A DNA stretch of 62,960 bases, filler included, from Octopus bimaculoides (GCF_001194135.2; 4 parts of 4 records of this genome joined end to end with filler, not necessarily neighbours in it), one strand, 5' to 3'; numbered from the whole stretch's first letter, positions 1 through 12,500 are shown. Made by a program: numbers and translations. The notes: a model not told the origin generated them from the sequence alone.

Positions 1-63
1 ATATATATATATATACATATACATACATATATATACACATGTACACACACATTTATATATATA

Positions 64-99
<36 letters not shown>

Positions 100-354
100 C
101 ATTACACACACACACACACACACATACACGCATCCATTTATATACGCACCTCACTATTATTACGAAATTAATTCATTTGGGCTAAGCGATTAGCAAAGAA
201 CGCAACACAGTAATATACTAATATAAACAATACATCGTTGCAGTTGGAAAATAAAGACACGCTTAAAAATTAAACGAGGCTACATATTGAAATGAATACA
301 TAACACATATTAGCCTCGCCAAACGCAATCATGTTTTTAGTAGTCAGACATTCA

Positions 355-475
355 TGAGAATATATGGACACGTGAGTCCTCATCAGCGGAATAATATAGT
401 CATATTAATAGAATTTTATTGATTACATACACTGTGGTGTAGAAACCGGTGAGGAAATGAAACAGCCGAAATATC
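355..475. other. Two degenerate hammerhead-like motifs in divergent orientation (possible PLE terminal-repeat relic)
   Basis: Minus strand 386-366 reads CTGATGA-GGAC-tcacgt-GTCC, but the GAAA that should follow reads ATAT. Plus strand 446-475 reads CCGGTGA-GG...CC-GAAATATC. Both cores are broken. Confidence 0.3.
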
Positions 476-555
476 AACTCATACGTAATTACACACACAC
501 ACACACACACGCACAATACACTTGCACATACATACATATATACATACATATATAC

Positions 556-588
<33 letters not shown>

Positions 589-922
589 CATACATACACA
601 CATATATATTCTATGCACATATACATGTGTGTGTGTTTGTGTATGCATGTGTGTATGTATAAAATACATATTCGTTTGTATAATTAGGTAGACATTGAAC
701 ATTTGAGCAAGCAAAAAAAGTCATATATAAAATAGAAAAAAATCCAAAAATGAAAAGAAGAAATGAACGAAAGAATGACAATAAAGATAATGAATAAAGT
801 CTAGATTTCTGATATATTCTGTGTCAAATTTCTATTATTTATTTAATGTTTGAAGATATTCCGTTATAAATAAATATTGCAAAATTTATTTCCAAGCATC
901 TAGTTAACATCAATAGCTCAAA

Positions 923-1806
923 TCTACTACATATGTGGGAAGTTCTGTCTGTGGCTGTATTTGTGGAGTTGTTAGCTAACTCCTCCTACATCGTTTTAAC
1001 GATTTTGATGACACTTGACACATGAGTAGAACTCATGTCTTGAAATCTCATGGCATACTCAGATTGTTGAAAAAAATCGATAATAGGGCCCACGGAAGTG
1101 ATCCTTGTATATATCTAATATATTTCAGTTTAACAGTCAAGGGGAATAACCCATTCGCTCCTGGAAGGGACCCTTATATATAGCCAAGGGAAATAACCCA
1201 TACATTATCCTAAATTATTTGGTAAAAAGGAAACTGACTATGCTTATTTCTTAGTATTTGCACTGTTAGAGTTATTTTCGCAATTTTATCCAGTACAACC
1301 CTTAAACAAGTAAATAGTATTTTCCTAAACAATAGATCCACTTATTTCGGTTGGTGACTTATTCACGAATATACCAGAACGCACAAAGCCCTTTTCTGAG
1401 TTATTTACTTTGAATTGTTATCATCTCATATCTGATTGGCCTGTTATTACGTAACATGCTTCACGATTTTAGTGTACATACCTTATTAGTATTTCCTCTT
1501 AAGTTCTATATACTCTGGGAACGCAATAAGGCCCTTTTCGGGGCTACTTTATTAGAATTCTTACTATCGAGTAACAAATTTCATGTCATTGCATAACTGA
1601 ATTCACAATTTGGGTATTCATAACTTATTAGGAATTCCTAAAAGCAAAATCCTGTGTAAGACAGTTTGGTATTCTCTATAAATGCACAAAAACCGTCTTA
1701 AGGGCTACACACTTTGTATTGTTGTTATTGGATTAGCGAAACAATTATGAGAACAGAACCAAGGGATAAGCCCCTCTCTCCCGAGAATTACCGGGTACGT
1801 CAGCTA

Positions 1807-1807
<1 letters not shown>
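923..1807 (+). mobile_element. Non-autonomous Helitron, family H1 copy 1
   Basis: 5' A|TCTACTAC; 3' hairpin CCCGA-GAATTA-CCGGG (1780-1795) followed by CTAG|T (1804-1807); inserted between A and T with no TSD. A homologous inverted copy lies at 54348-55245. Confidence 0.85.
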
Positions 1808-1840
<33 letters not shown>

Positions 1841-3063
1841 NNNNNNNNNNNNNNNNNNNNNNNNNNNNNNNNNNNNNNNNNNNNNNNNNNNNNNNNNNNN
1901 NNNNNNNNNNNNNNNNNNNNNNNNNNNNNNNNNNNNNNNNNNNNNNNNNNNNNNNNNNNNNNNNNNNNNNNNNNNNNNNNNNNNNNNNNNNNNNNNNNNN
2001 NNNNNNNNNNNNNNNNNNNNNNNNNNNNNNNNNNNNNNNNNNNNNNNNNNNNNNNNNNNNNNNNNNNNNNNNNNNNNNNNNNNNNNNNNNNNNNNNNNNN
2101 NNNNNNNNNNNNNNNNNNNNNNNNNNNNNNNNNNNNNNNNNNNNNNNNNNNNNNNNNNNNNNNNNNNNNNNNNNNNNNNNNNNNNNNNNNNNNNNNNNNN
2201 NNNNNNNNNNNNNNNNNNNNNNNNNNNNNNNNNNNNNNNNNNNNNNNNNNNNNNNNNNNNNNNNNNNNNNNNNNNNNNNNNNNNNNNNNNNNNNNNNNNN
2301 NNNNNNNNNNNNNNNNNNNNNNNNNNNNNNNNNNNNNNNNNNNNNNNNNNNNNNNNNNNNNNNNNNNNNNNNNNNNNNNNNNNNNNNNNNNNNNNNNNNN
2401 NNNNNNNNNNNNNNNNNNNNNNNNNNNNNNNNNNNNNNNNNNNNNNNNNNNNNNNNNNNNNNNNNNNNNNNNNNNNNNNNNNNNNNNNNNNNNNNNNNNN
2501 NNNNNNNNNNNNNNNNNNNNNNNNNNNNNNNNNNNNNNNNNNNNNNNNNNNNNNNNNNNNNNNNNNNNNNNNNNNNNNNNNNGGGCCGACCAAAACTTTG
2601 TGAGTGGATTTGGTGAACGGAAGCTGATAGAAACCTGTCGTATATATATATATATATATATATACGTGTGTGTGTGTGTCTAGTATATATCACCCTTTCG
2701 TTAATTGTTTTAGGTGCTCCTGTAGTCGCAATTAGAAACAAATAGCTTCTCAGCTCTCCCACTCGATCACCTGGACAAAACATCAAGGAAGTGACAACTG
2801 GAGGGAAAAGGGGCTGAACTAGAACTGAACAGGTACACAATTTCAGCTGAATGGAGCAAAGTAGGAAAAGTACACTGAAAAAGGAAACTACATGCTACCC
2901 GGTGCAAGAAACAAACCGATGACGTTATGATCGTCGGTCCAACACACTAACCACTAGGATATGCTCAGATTTATTTGTATATAGTATGCATGTTTCTTTC
3001 AGGTATTTTCCTTCAGGCACACGCGCGCGCACACATGTATGTATGTATGTATGTATGTATCTA

Positions 3064-3094
<31 letters not shown>

Positions 3095-3189
3095 CTCTGT
3101 CTATCTGTCTATCTATCTACCTAAAGGATGAAAGGTCCTTCTCGAGCTATAGGGTCATATTATCGGTTTCCCACATCCCTGGATGGGAT

Positions 3190-3358
3190 GCTGGTCAGTC
3201 GCAGGATTACTCGTTTTTGTTAGCTGAGTGGACTGGAGCAAAGTAATACTGAAATGTTTTGCTCAAGAACAAAATGCAACTCCCAATCCAGGAATCGAAG
3301 CGACGATCTTACCGTTAGGACTGCAATATCCCTTCCCAATAAACCACGCGCTCCTGCA
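3190..3358 (-). mobile_element. tRNA-derived SINE fragment (family C here; CORE-like GAGCAAAACA...TTGCTCCAGTCCACTCAGC)
   Basis: The reverse complement has a tRNA-like head and the core shared with fragments near 2845-2960, 20495-20620 and 44390-44500. Confidence 0.6.
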
Positions 3359-3408
<50 letters not shown>

Positions 3409-4094
3409 NNNNNNNNNNNNNNNNNNNNNNNNNNNNNNNNNNNNNNNNNNNNNNNNNNNNNNNNNNNNNNNNNNNNNNNNNNNNNNNNNNNNNNNNNNNN
3501 NNNNNNNNNNNNNNNNNNNNNNNNNNNNNNNNNNNNNNNNNNNNNNNNNNNNNNNNNNNNNNNNNNNNNNNNNNNNNNNNNNNNNNNNNNNNNNNNNNNN
3601 NNNNNNNNNNNNNNNNNNNNNNNNNNNNNNNNNNNNNNNNNNNNNNNNNNNNNNNGGTTATTAATGAATGCGTAGTCTTGTCTTGAAACTGCGTTTCGTC
3701 GATGCTACATATGATTTTGGCATCAGTCCGTTGCTCAGTTTGTACTCCGGCAGGATGTACCTGAGAATAAGTCAGATAATCTGTCTGTAGAGCAGTTCGA
3801 TGACTTCCAACAGTTACAGTAGCTTGTAGAATCAGTGGTTGCACGTAGTTCATTTGTATCATAAGCACTAATATTCACCGTTGGCTTGAATCCATGTGAC
3901 ATTAAAAAAAAGGAACGTAGAATGCGATGCTTCTGCCTCAGTAATAGATGGGATAATTCTAGTAAAACTCAATGACTGAAGTTAAAAAAATTTCATAATT
4001 GGTGGGCAAAAATCGGTTACATAGTGATTCTCCAGTTCCTTTTATCTGAAATCTTAAACCATGTTATTATTGATAAACTCTTCTATAAGTAAAT

Positions 4095-5103
4095 GATTAG
4101 TAAAAGTCTTCAGGTGTTAAATCAGAAGGAAGTGCAGGGAGCTCACATGCGTCGCTTCGTTCTATCAAGTCTTTGCACATTCTCATCCAGGTAAGCTCGC
4201 GCGTCTGGAGAGTAAGTGTTGGAGTGCGCCCTCTTGTTGAAAGAAAATTTATTACTTCTATAAAGTACATGTATGGCAGATAAAATGGACGCGCATAGCA
4301 GGTCTAAATACATTTGGCCGGTCTCCGTACCTTCGAAGAAAAATGGTTTTATTAAAACTTTTGCTGATGCTCCACACCCGGCATCTACCCCTGGTAAATT
4401 GACTGCTTTCTCCACATGCAAGAAAAGATTTCCTGATGCCCAGTAAACAAAATTATGTAGGTTCACTGTTCCATTTAGCTTAAACTGTGCTTCATCAGAC
4501 CACACAATCGTTTTCACAAACTTTTCATTCTTGCCTACCATGTGTTGAAACCACCCACAAAATTCGATTCTTCGATCAGGATCGCCATTGTTAATTGCAT
4601 GTAATATTCATGGCATGTAAACTTTTCACTTAGCTCTTTTAGGAATGCACCCTTTGCTTGCATAGCTTATTCCTGTCTCGCGTGCACAATGTCCATTAGA
4701 CTACTGTGGCGAGTGGTGTAATCTTTCAACACCATAGCCGAAGAAGCAGCACTTGTTACTGTACGAGGTTTGCTGGATTTTCCCTTCTGCACACCTCACA
4801 CGATACCAAGTGTTTGGAATCCCTGAATTTGTCAGATATGTTGGAGGTTCTGTTCCAAACTCGCAACTTCATTGTCGTTAAACTTCAACAACATTCTTGA
4901 ATTTGAAATACCACTTTAAAATGGTTTCACGTTCCTTAAATGACAACAGTACATCTACCATTTTGTCACAGTTGCTCACAATAGCATCGCATCCAAAAGT
5001 CATACGAAAGTTCTCATTTTTTAAATTCTCAAAATAATGCCCATTGACTATTTCAAACGTCAACAATTAATGAAGTGCCACCTAACCTTTCAGTATCACA
5101 CCG
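4095..5103 (-). mobile_element. Decayed Tc1/mariner transposon, rosa (DD41D)-like
   Basis: Frameshifted peptide pieces LSFKERETILKWYFK..NVVEV..GTEPPT, IVWSDEAQFKLNGTVNLHNFVYW, PFFFEG..YLDLL and PSDLTPEDF. Terminal TA|CGGTGTGAT at 5105-5095; the other end is not seen. Confidence 0.8.
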
Positions 5104-5324
5104 TATCGACAGAAAAATTAGTATTTTTAAAATGAAAATTTTCTTTTTAATTTTCCATTAAAATTAAAAACTAAATTTTAAAAAAGCCAACCTCGTTGAA
5201 AAAGACCCTTCCTCCAAAAGTGGGTAAAGGTAATTTGTATTGGTATGTGAATAAATTTAGTATTATAATCTCTCTATGCGTTTTCTTTTCCCTGAAGTAT
5301 GTATATGTACATATGCATATCTTA

Positions 5325-6525
5325 TATACATACATACATACATACATGATGGCCGTCCACTCGTGACCGAGGAAAACCATTACTAACCTTTAGAAACATT
5401 GTGCGCTCAAGACTACCTTATACTTTACACTTGCGGCTCCGTTGGTAACAAACGAGCCCTGCTCTTGACAAACATATACGACTGCAAACACTGCTGAGCA
5501 AACTTTCCCCATTCATTACACTAGCAATGCGTTTTCGAGCAGCACACTTGAATTTTCCATGAAGAATACGTACTCTTTCAAAGGTATCGACTCCCTCCTT
5601 TACCTGCTTCCTCCATCTGTGGCGATGACAAGCATTGCTCTCCCAGTCAGACTTCTGCATTTCACAAGCTTTTAATGAAAATTTTACACAGTCCTTAAAT
5701 AGAAGTCTTCGCTTCTGCCGAAGCCGCTTTCCACTAACAAGTTACCCACATAGCATTTGTTTAGAGATCCTACTGAAGGAATCAGTTACTCTCTGCAACC
5801 TGAAAGATATTTCATCATCCAGGGAGCAAGAACGGCTGAGTGTGCTGCCCAGGTAGACAAACTTGTTTACCACTTTCAATATTGTTCCTTCAACCAAGGT
5901 AGCTCGTTCTATATATGGGTTTCCTGGTGCAGGCTGGAACATTACAACAGTTTTGTCCAGGCTAATGCTGAGTCCAAGTGCCTTGCAAGAAGCAGAAATA
6001 TGATTTACAAGTATTTGCATATCGTACGAGTGGTTAAGTCACAGCCAAGTGCATAAAGGAGATCACGAATAAAAGACTGGAAAACTTTGGAATCGGCAGC
6101 AAATCGACGCAGGTTAAAAACATATATCACAGGAGAGTCGTCTACAGCAAAAACATGAGTAAGGCTAGCAGCAAAGTACAGAGAAAAGAGAGTTAGGACA
6201 AGAATGTCACCCGACTTGACACCTTACAGGAATGGGTCCCGCCATGCCACAACCAACATTGACCCAAGCCTCCATCCCATCATGAAATGATTTGATTATT
6301 GATACAAAGTGGTCCGGACATCTACGCTTGCTAAATATTTTTCATAGGGAGGCCCGTTCACAGTATCAAAGGCCTTGGTTAAATTAATGAATACCTGGAT
6401 AAGATCCATATTCTGCTCATAGCACTTCTGCATCTGTCTCGCTGTGAAAATCATATCTATCGTTCCTCTTCCAGATCAGAAACCACATTGAGATTCAGAT
6501 AGGACATCATTTACAAGACACCTAG
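5325..6525 (-). mobile_element. 5'-truncated RTE-clade LINE (RT C-terminal half to 3' end)
   Basis: Pieces SESQCGF..GRGTIDMIFTARQMQ.., ..NLTKAFDTV, GVKSGD, SISLDKTVVMFQPAPG..FVYLGSTLS, and a C-terminal CSRICLSRAGLVC zinc-finger-like tail; ends in an (ATGT)n tail. Confidence 0.85.
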
Positions 6526-6526
6526 A

Positions 6527-6955
6527 GAGAGCAGTGCATGCCATCAAAGTGATACTGGAGTAAAATATACGAAGTCTAGCATACTTATCATGACTACTCG
6601 TCTGATAAGGTACACCAGTCACATGCATCACAACCATGTGCGCAACATGGTGATCTTATATCAAGATAAATAGTGCATGACCTAGCAGGTGGAGTCCAGT
6701 TAGAATTTTTTCTGGTCGAGTAATCGATCCTGCACAAAAGGTCCTTGAATACCTATGTTTCCAGAGGTGAATTATCCAAACCCCAAAGAATTACTCTCAA
6801 CACATGGCTATGATGCTCCCACACTACTTCTGCTGGTGATCAGAGATGCACATATCGTCAGCCATCAAGGGACATGCCCAAGTGGTTAAGGTCAAATAGC
6901 TGACGAGCAAATCTGTGGTATTGAGCAGAATGTTTGCTATAATCCATCTTTTATA
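6527..6955 (-). repeat. Interspersed repeat (family E), unclassified retroposon-like
   Basis: Reverse-complement homolog of 60016-60450 over ~400 bp, including the GTACCCTTATCAGACGGGT...CCCCAGTGTCACTTTGAT tail. Confidence 0.75.
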
Positions 6956-7040
6956 CCAAAACAAAGCAATGTACATGATAACACTTCCTGTCAGGTAAGA
7001 TCAGAAGCCATGAGGGCCACAGTCTGGTACTGCACCAGGG

Positions 7041-7042
<2 letters not shown>

Positions 7043-7115
<73 letters not shown>

Positions 7116-7130
7116 CATCATCATTATTAT
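7043..7130 (+). repeat. (ATT)n microsatellite
   Basis: Perfect ATT run that decays into ATC; source of the poly-L/I/N ORFs. Confidence 0.95.
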
Positions 7131-7182
7131 TAAACAGACAAGACGAAGAGCGCGATGCGATTGCAATATATATTTTATTGGT

Positions 7183-7222
7183 TGAACGATATTTCAACAG
7201 TAAGCCTGTCTTTGTCGAGTTC
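7183..7222 (-). ncRNA. Degenerate minimal hammerhead-like motif in the PLE terminal repeat
   Basis: Minus strand reads CTCGACAA-A-GACAG-gctta-CTGTT-GAAATAT. Stem II pairs, but the core deviates from CUGANGA. Confidence 0.4.
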
Positions 7223-8742
7223 AAAATGAAAAGTAATAAAAATTCAAATCTAAAATATGAACGAGAGCAACCAGCGTCCACACGTTGATGGAATGACATC
7301 ATCAGTTTTCAAGTTTCAATTTTACAACTGGCGAAAAGAAAAAGAAAGAAAAAGAACAAAAAGTGAAAAGGAAAAAGAAAACGAATATTTAATCAAACAG
7401 TTTTGTGTAAACTTGATGAGATTCTCCTGCACAATAAGTTCGAAAGATTTCCTCCAATGCGCCCAATTTGCAGCGGATATGAATGTTGTACAGCCAAAAT
7501 TTCAGAGTAGCGGGACGGCTTTCTACTCCCTATCGTANNNNNNNNNNTTGTACAGCCAAAATTTCAGAGTAGCGGGACGGCTTTCTACTCCCTATCGTAA
7601 AACTGTTTTTCGGTACCATGGATGTTTTTTTGCTTATATCCTAATGTTGACCACGATGAAGGGGTAGAAGCATACATGAATGCCTTCGGAAAACGGTCAA
7701 ACAAAAATAATCCATTAAATTTTTTCTGTAGGTTATTGAGGTTTGTGTTACAAAGTAACACAATGAAGTTTAAACAAAACCTTTATTCCCATGGCAGTTA
7801 ATTTGGCTGTCTTCATGACGAAATTCGAGACACAGTAACTGTAGATATTTAAATCCCTACATGGTCATGAACTAATACTCTAGTTACGGTTCATTGATGA
7901 CATCTTTTTTGTCTAGGAAGGATCACAGGATAGTTTAACTGACTTCTTGCATTTCTGTAACTTATGCTAAAGTCCAATATAAAATTTACGTCTAGTTTTT
8001 CAAAAACTAGCGTTGAATTTTTGGACATAAAAGTTAATTTTTCTGGAGGCAGAATAGTGACAGAGTTATTTTACAAGCCCACGTCATCCCACATTTATCT
8101 CCACTGCCAATCCGATCATCCACATCATATAATTCAGTCAAATCTCAAACCCCAAATTTTGAGGATAAAACGGATTTGTACTGACATAGAAAATTACTGG
8201 AAACATGCAAATGCTTTTGTACGTTATGCCAAACACGGTTACAGTGAATCACGATTAAAGGAAATAGCAAATGAGATAGCTAAGATTAACAAAGAAAGTC
8301 AAACCACGCATAATTTTAGCAAACACAGTTCAATATGTGACAAAATTCTTTTAGTGATTAACTTGGCACCGAAATTTCGCTGGTATTTCAAAAGTGTTCC
8401 ATCAAAGTTACTAGCCTGTTACAGAAAAATATCTTCGTTTAAAACAAATATTTCCTCAGTCGCCTATTGTAGCATTTAGACGGAATAAAAATATAAGAGA
8501 ATTATTCACCTCTACTTCTGACTGCAAGGAAACTAACATTGGAGTATCTGCACTCTGTATTTTGAAAAACAGCCACAAGAGAGGTAAGCCCTATTCATTG
8601 GGCAACAACACAAGTCAAGTGGATTCCATTTGGAATCATAACGGAAATGTTGATTTATACAGAAGGTGGGACATGCAGAGCTTCCCATTTGGTGTACGCA
8701 GTAGAGTGCACAAAACAATTTGATTTATGTTGGTTGTGCATT

Positions 8743-8951
8743 ATTTTATTCTTTTATTTGTTTCAGCCATTTGACTGCGGCCATGCTGGAGTACCACCTT
8801 TAGTCGAGCAAATCGGCCCTAGGACTTATTCTTTATAAGCCTAGTACTTATTCTATCGGTCCCTATTGTAGAACAGGTAAGTTAAGGGGACGTAAACACA
8901 CCAGCATCGGTTGTCAAGCGATGTTGGAGGGGTGGTGGTGAACAAACACAG

Positions 8952-9004
<53 letters not shown>

Positions 9005-9130
9005 CATATATATACATACGACGGGCTTCTTTCAGTTTCCGCCTACCAAATCCACTCACAACGCTTTGGTCGGACCGAGGCTATAGTAGAAGACACTTGT
9101 TCAAGATGCCAGGCAGTGGGACTGAACCCG
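8743..9130 (-). mobile_element. tRNA-derived SINE (family A, octopus OK/OR-like), 5'-truncated, inserted in the PLE endonuclease
   Basis: Matches the near-full copy at 56854-57250, including the internal (TG)n tract and the GCTCCAGCATGGCCGCAGTC tail. Confidence 0.85.
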
Positions 9131-9599
9131 ACAATTAAATAAAAGATTTAATGGGCACAGATATGACGTCAGGCTCAATAACAATAGTTCGACAGAACTT
9201 GCCGAACATTTTGCATCAAACGACTGCAACCATGAAAAAGATTTGAAAGTGTATATTCTCAGAAAATAGTCTGAATCTGATACACTTTCAATACTCAAAA
9301 TGCACGAGAAGAAATATGCTTGCGGTTTATTAACGTCACACTTTGGAGAAATGACAGAATTTCATCAAATTTACACAAAACTTTGTGATAAAATATTTTA
9401 ATTTTTCCTTTTCTTTTTGCTTTCCTTTTCTTTTTTCTCATTTTGTTTCTTTTTCTTTTCGCCAGTTGTAAAATTGAAACTTGAAGACTGATGATGTTGT
9501 TCCATAAACGTGTGGACGCTGGTTGCTCTCGTTCATATTTTAGATCATCCAGCCACGGCGACTTCTCCCTCGTGCAGTCTCCCATCGTTTTCCATATTT

Positions 9600-10793
9600 C
9601 GTCAGCTGGTATCAGTATTTCCTAGGACCGCATTTGGCAGTAATTACAGCTTGAATTCTACGAGGTATGGACTCGTACAAAGTTTGAGTTGTTTCCAAAG
9701 GAATTTTTATCCATTCTTCAGCCAAAACAGTCTCCAGTTCTTGTAGTTATGATGGTGGAGGATATCGACCCCTTATTTGTTTTTCTAAAATGCACCATAA
9801 ATGTTCAATAATATTGAGATCTGGGGACTGTGGTGACCAGATAAGATGTTCAACTCGTGCTATTCAGTAACAACTTTAGCTGTGTGAATTGGTTCATTAT
9901 CACCCTGAAAGATTGCGTCTCCCTCCGGAAACAGTTCCGCAACCATAGGATGAATTTGATCAGATAAAATGCTTAAATAGTCTTGACTATTAATTCTACC
10001 ACGAAGGGAAACCATTGGGCCGGCGGATTTCCAAGATATAGCCCCCCACCCTCGCCAATCATCACATATCCTCCTGTCTGGGTCAAATGTTTCTTTTGTC
10101 TGTCTCCACACGTATATTCGGCCGTAGTCGGAAATAAGGTAAAGGATGACTCCTCCGACAAAATAACATTCTTTCAATGCTCTAGGGACCAATTCTGTAG
10201 GTTTTTCCTGTACTCTAAACGCTTTGCAACGTTTGTTTTTGAAAGTAGTGGTTTTCTGATTGCAGCCCTCCCGTGAAGTCCGGCTCTGTGCAGCACCCGG
10301 CGAACAGTTTTTGCGGAAACTGGGTTCCCGATGTGGTATTAAGCTCTGCAGAAATTTTGGGAGCTGTACTTTTGTGATCCTTTCTAAGAATTTGAGTAAG
10401 AGTCCGACGGTTCCTATCTGAAAGTTTTGGTTTCCTTCAGAAGTTCTGTTCCGACGAGGAGGTTTTTCCCTCTTTCTCAAAGGCTGTCATTACTTTCGAG
10501 ACAGTACTTCTTGATACACCAAACATTTCGGCTACCTTCGTTACACTAGTGCCTGCCATACGAGCACCAACAATTTGACCTCTTTGAAAGTCCGATAGAT
10601 CTGTCATTTTAATGAATTACCTTTTTCTAATGATATCTGAAAAGAAACAGAAACTTTAGCAAAACATATTAAGCAACACTAATAATAAATAAAAAAAAAC
10701 ATGAAAAGGAACAAGCTTTTGACGGTTATATTAGATATTTCAAAATTATGATGCTATGATGCTAGGTGTTTCCATTATTTTGTCCAACCCATG
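9600..10793 (-). mobile_element. Decayed Tc1 (DD34E-type) transposon
   Basis: TA|CATGGGTTGGACAAAATAATGGAAACACC terminal repeat at 10795-10765. ATG at 10607 begins MTDLSDFQRGQIVGARMAGTSVTKVAEMFGVSRSTVSKV (HTH); later WGAISW, IFQGDNEPIHTAK and ..QSPDLNIIEHLW. The 3' TIR is missing. Confidence 0.9.
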
Positions 10794-11153
10794 TATANNN
10801 NNNNNNNNNNNNNNNNNNNNNNNNNNNNNNNNNNNNNNNNNNNNNNNNNNNNNNNNNNNNNNNNNNNNNNNNNNNNNNNNNNNNNNNNNNNNNNNNNNNN
10901 NNNNNNNNNNNNNNNNNNNNNNNNNNNNNNNNNNNNNNNNNNNNNNNNNNNNNNNNNNNNNNNNNNNNNNNNNNNNNNNNNNNNNNNNNNNNNNNNNNNN
11001 NNNNNNNNNNNNNNNNNNNNNNNNNNNNNNNNNNNNNNNNNNNNNNNNNNNNNNNNNNNNNNNNNNNNNNNNNNNNNNNNNNNNNNNNNNNNNNNNNNNN
11101 NNNNNNNNNNNNNNNNNNNNNNNNNNNNNNNNNNNNNNNNNNNNNNNNNNNNN

Positions 11154-12500
11154 GTTGGCAACTAGTTCCCGCCGATTTTTAAAAAATTTAAAGTTTTTAA
11201 AAGGTTTAATAAAAAATAACAATTAATTAATCAATAATGTATTCACCCTTGTTGTTTACAACTTTTTCCCAACGGTCATCAATATTTTCAATACCTCGTT
11301 GGTAGAAATCACCCGATTTCGACTCGAAAAATTGATCCAACCAAGCTCTCAATTCTGCATCAGTATTGGACGAAACTCCGCGCATAGCATTTGAAAGAGA
11401 TCGAAAGAGGTGGAAATCCGTTGGTGCAAAATCAGGATAGTACGGCGGGTGTGGCAGCACTTCCCAGCCATACGTTTGAACGGCTTCCTTGGTCATATTG
11501 GCGATATGAGGGCGGGCGTTGTGGTGTAGCAGAAGAACTCCATGGTGACGATTAGGTCTTTTCTCTTCAATAGCTGTATTGAGTCGTTCCATCTGTTGAA
11601 CATTGAGTTATGCGTTGACGGTTTGGTTCCGTTCAAGCAATTCGTAATGGATAATCCCTTCTCAGTCCCACCATACGCATAACATCGTTTTACACGGATG
11701 AAGATCTTGTTTCACGCGCGGTGTCGATTGTTTACCGGGGCTAAGCCATTCCTTACGCTAAGCCATTCCTTACGCTACTTTATATTGATGTACAGGCACT
11801 ATTTTTCGTCGCCGATAACGATTCGGTAAAGAAATCGTTGCTTGTATCCATGAGTTGAGCGGTGACGAGCAAGCAGTCCAGCGGAGATTGTGGCTCGTTG
11901 ATTTTTGTTGTTGTCACTTAAAGCATGCGGANNNNNNNNNNNNNNNNNNNNNNNNNNNNNNNNNNNNNNNNNNNNNNNNNNNNNNNNNNNNNNNNNNNNN
12001 NNNNNNNNNNNNNNNNNNNNNNNGGGAGTATTCCAATTTCTCTGCCAGTTTCCTTGTCGTTTGACGAGAATTTTCGTGCAAAAGTTGGTTTAATCGCTCT
12101 TCATCGAACTCAACTGGACGGCCAGAACGAGGTGCGTCTTTGAGGTCAAAATTTCTATTTTTGAACTTGGCATACCAATCACGAGCGGTTCTTTCAGCTT
12201 TGGCACCCTCTCCATACACAGCACAAATGTTGCGAGCAGCTTTTGCAGCCTTAGAACCTTGATTAAAAGCAAAAAGAAGGAGGTGTCGAAAATGCTCGTT
12301 TTTCTTAACTTGACATTCCATTTTAATGATCTGAAAATAAACAAAAGTTAACTAAAATTAACTAGGAAAAAGACAAAACACCAAATAGATTCCAAAATAA
12401 TTCAAAAATAGAATTCTCGAAAAAAATAGATTCCAAAATTTAAAAACGCAATAAATTCCAAAATTTTAAAAAAGCGGCGGAAACTTAGTTGCAAACCCAA
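11154..12500 (-). mobile_element. mariner (DD34D) transposon, near full length, disrupted
   Basis: TIRs GTTGGCAACTAGTTCCCGCCG (11154) and CGGCGGAAACTTAGTTGCAAACCCAA|TA (to 12502). HTH ORF 11914-12321 (..APRSGRP..); catalytic ORF 11227-11592 (LLHHNARPH..LPHPPYYPDFAPTDFHLF). A 17-bp tandem duplication at 11741-11774 shifts the frame. Confidence 0.92.

Larger units (their letters stand above)
7140..9545 (+). mobile_element. Penelope-like retroelement relic (RT + GIY-YIG) with an inverted terminal-repeat copy at its 5' end
   Basis: From ~7437: LHNKFERFPPMRPICSG, CLYPNVDHDEG, RFIDDIF, VEFLDIKV..TELFYKPTSSHIYLHCQSDHP..LRIKRIC. Then GIY-YIG pieces TCRASHLVYAVEC..IYVG / QLNKRFNGHRYD..ELAEHF. Segment 7248-7432 is the reverse complement of 9358-9545. 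Confidence 0.85.

Noticed and set aside
7486-7599. Exact 52-bp direct repeat around a 10-N gap
   Set aside because: Typical unmerged contig overlap; removing one copy restores the PLE RT.
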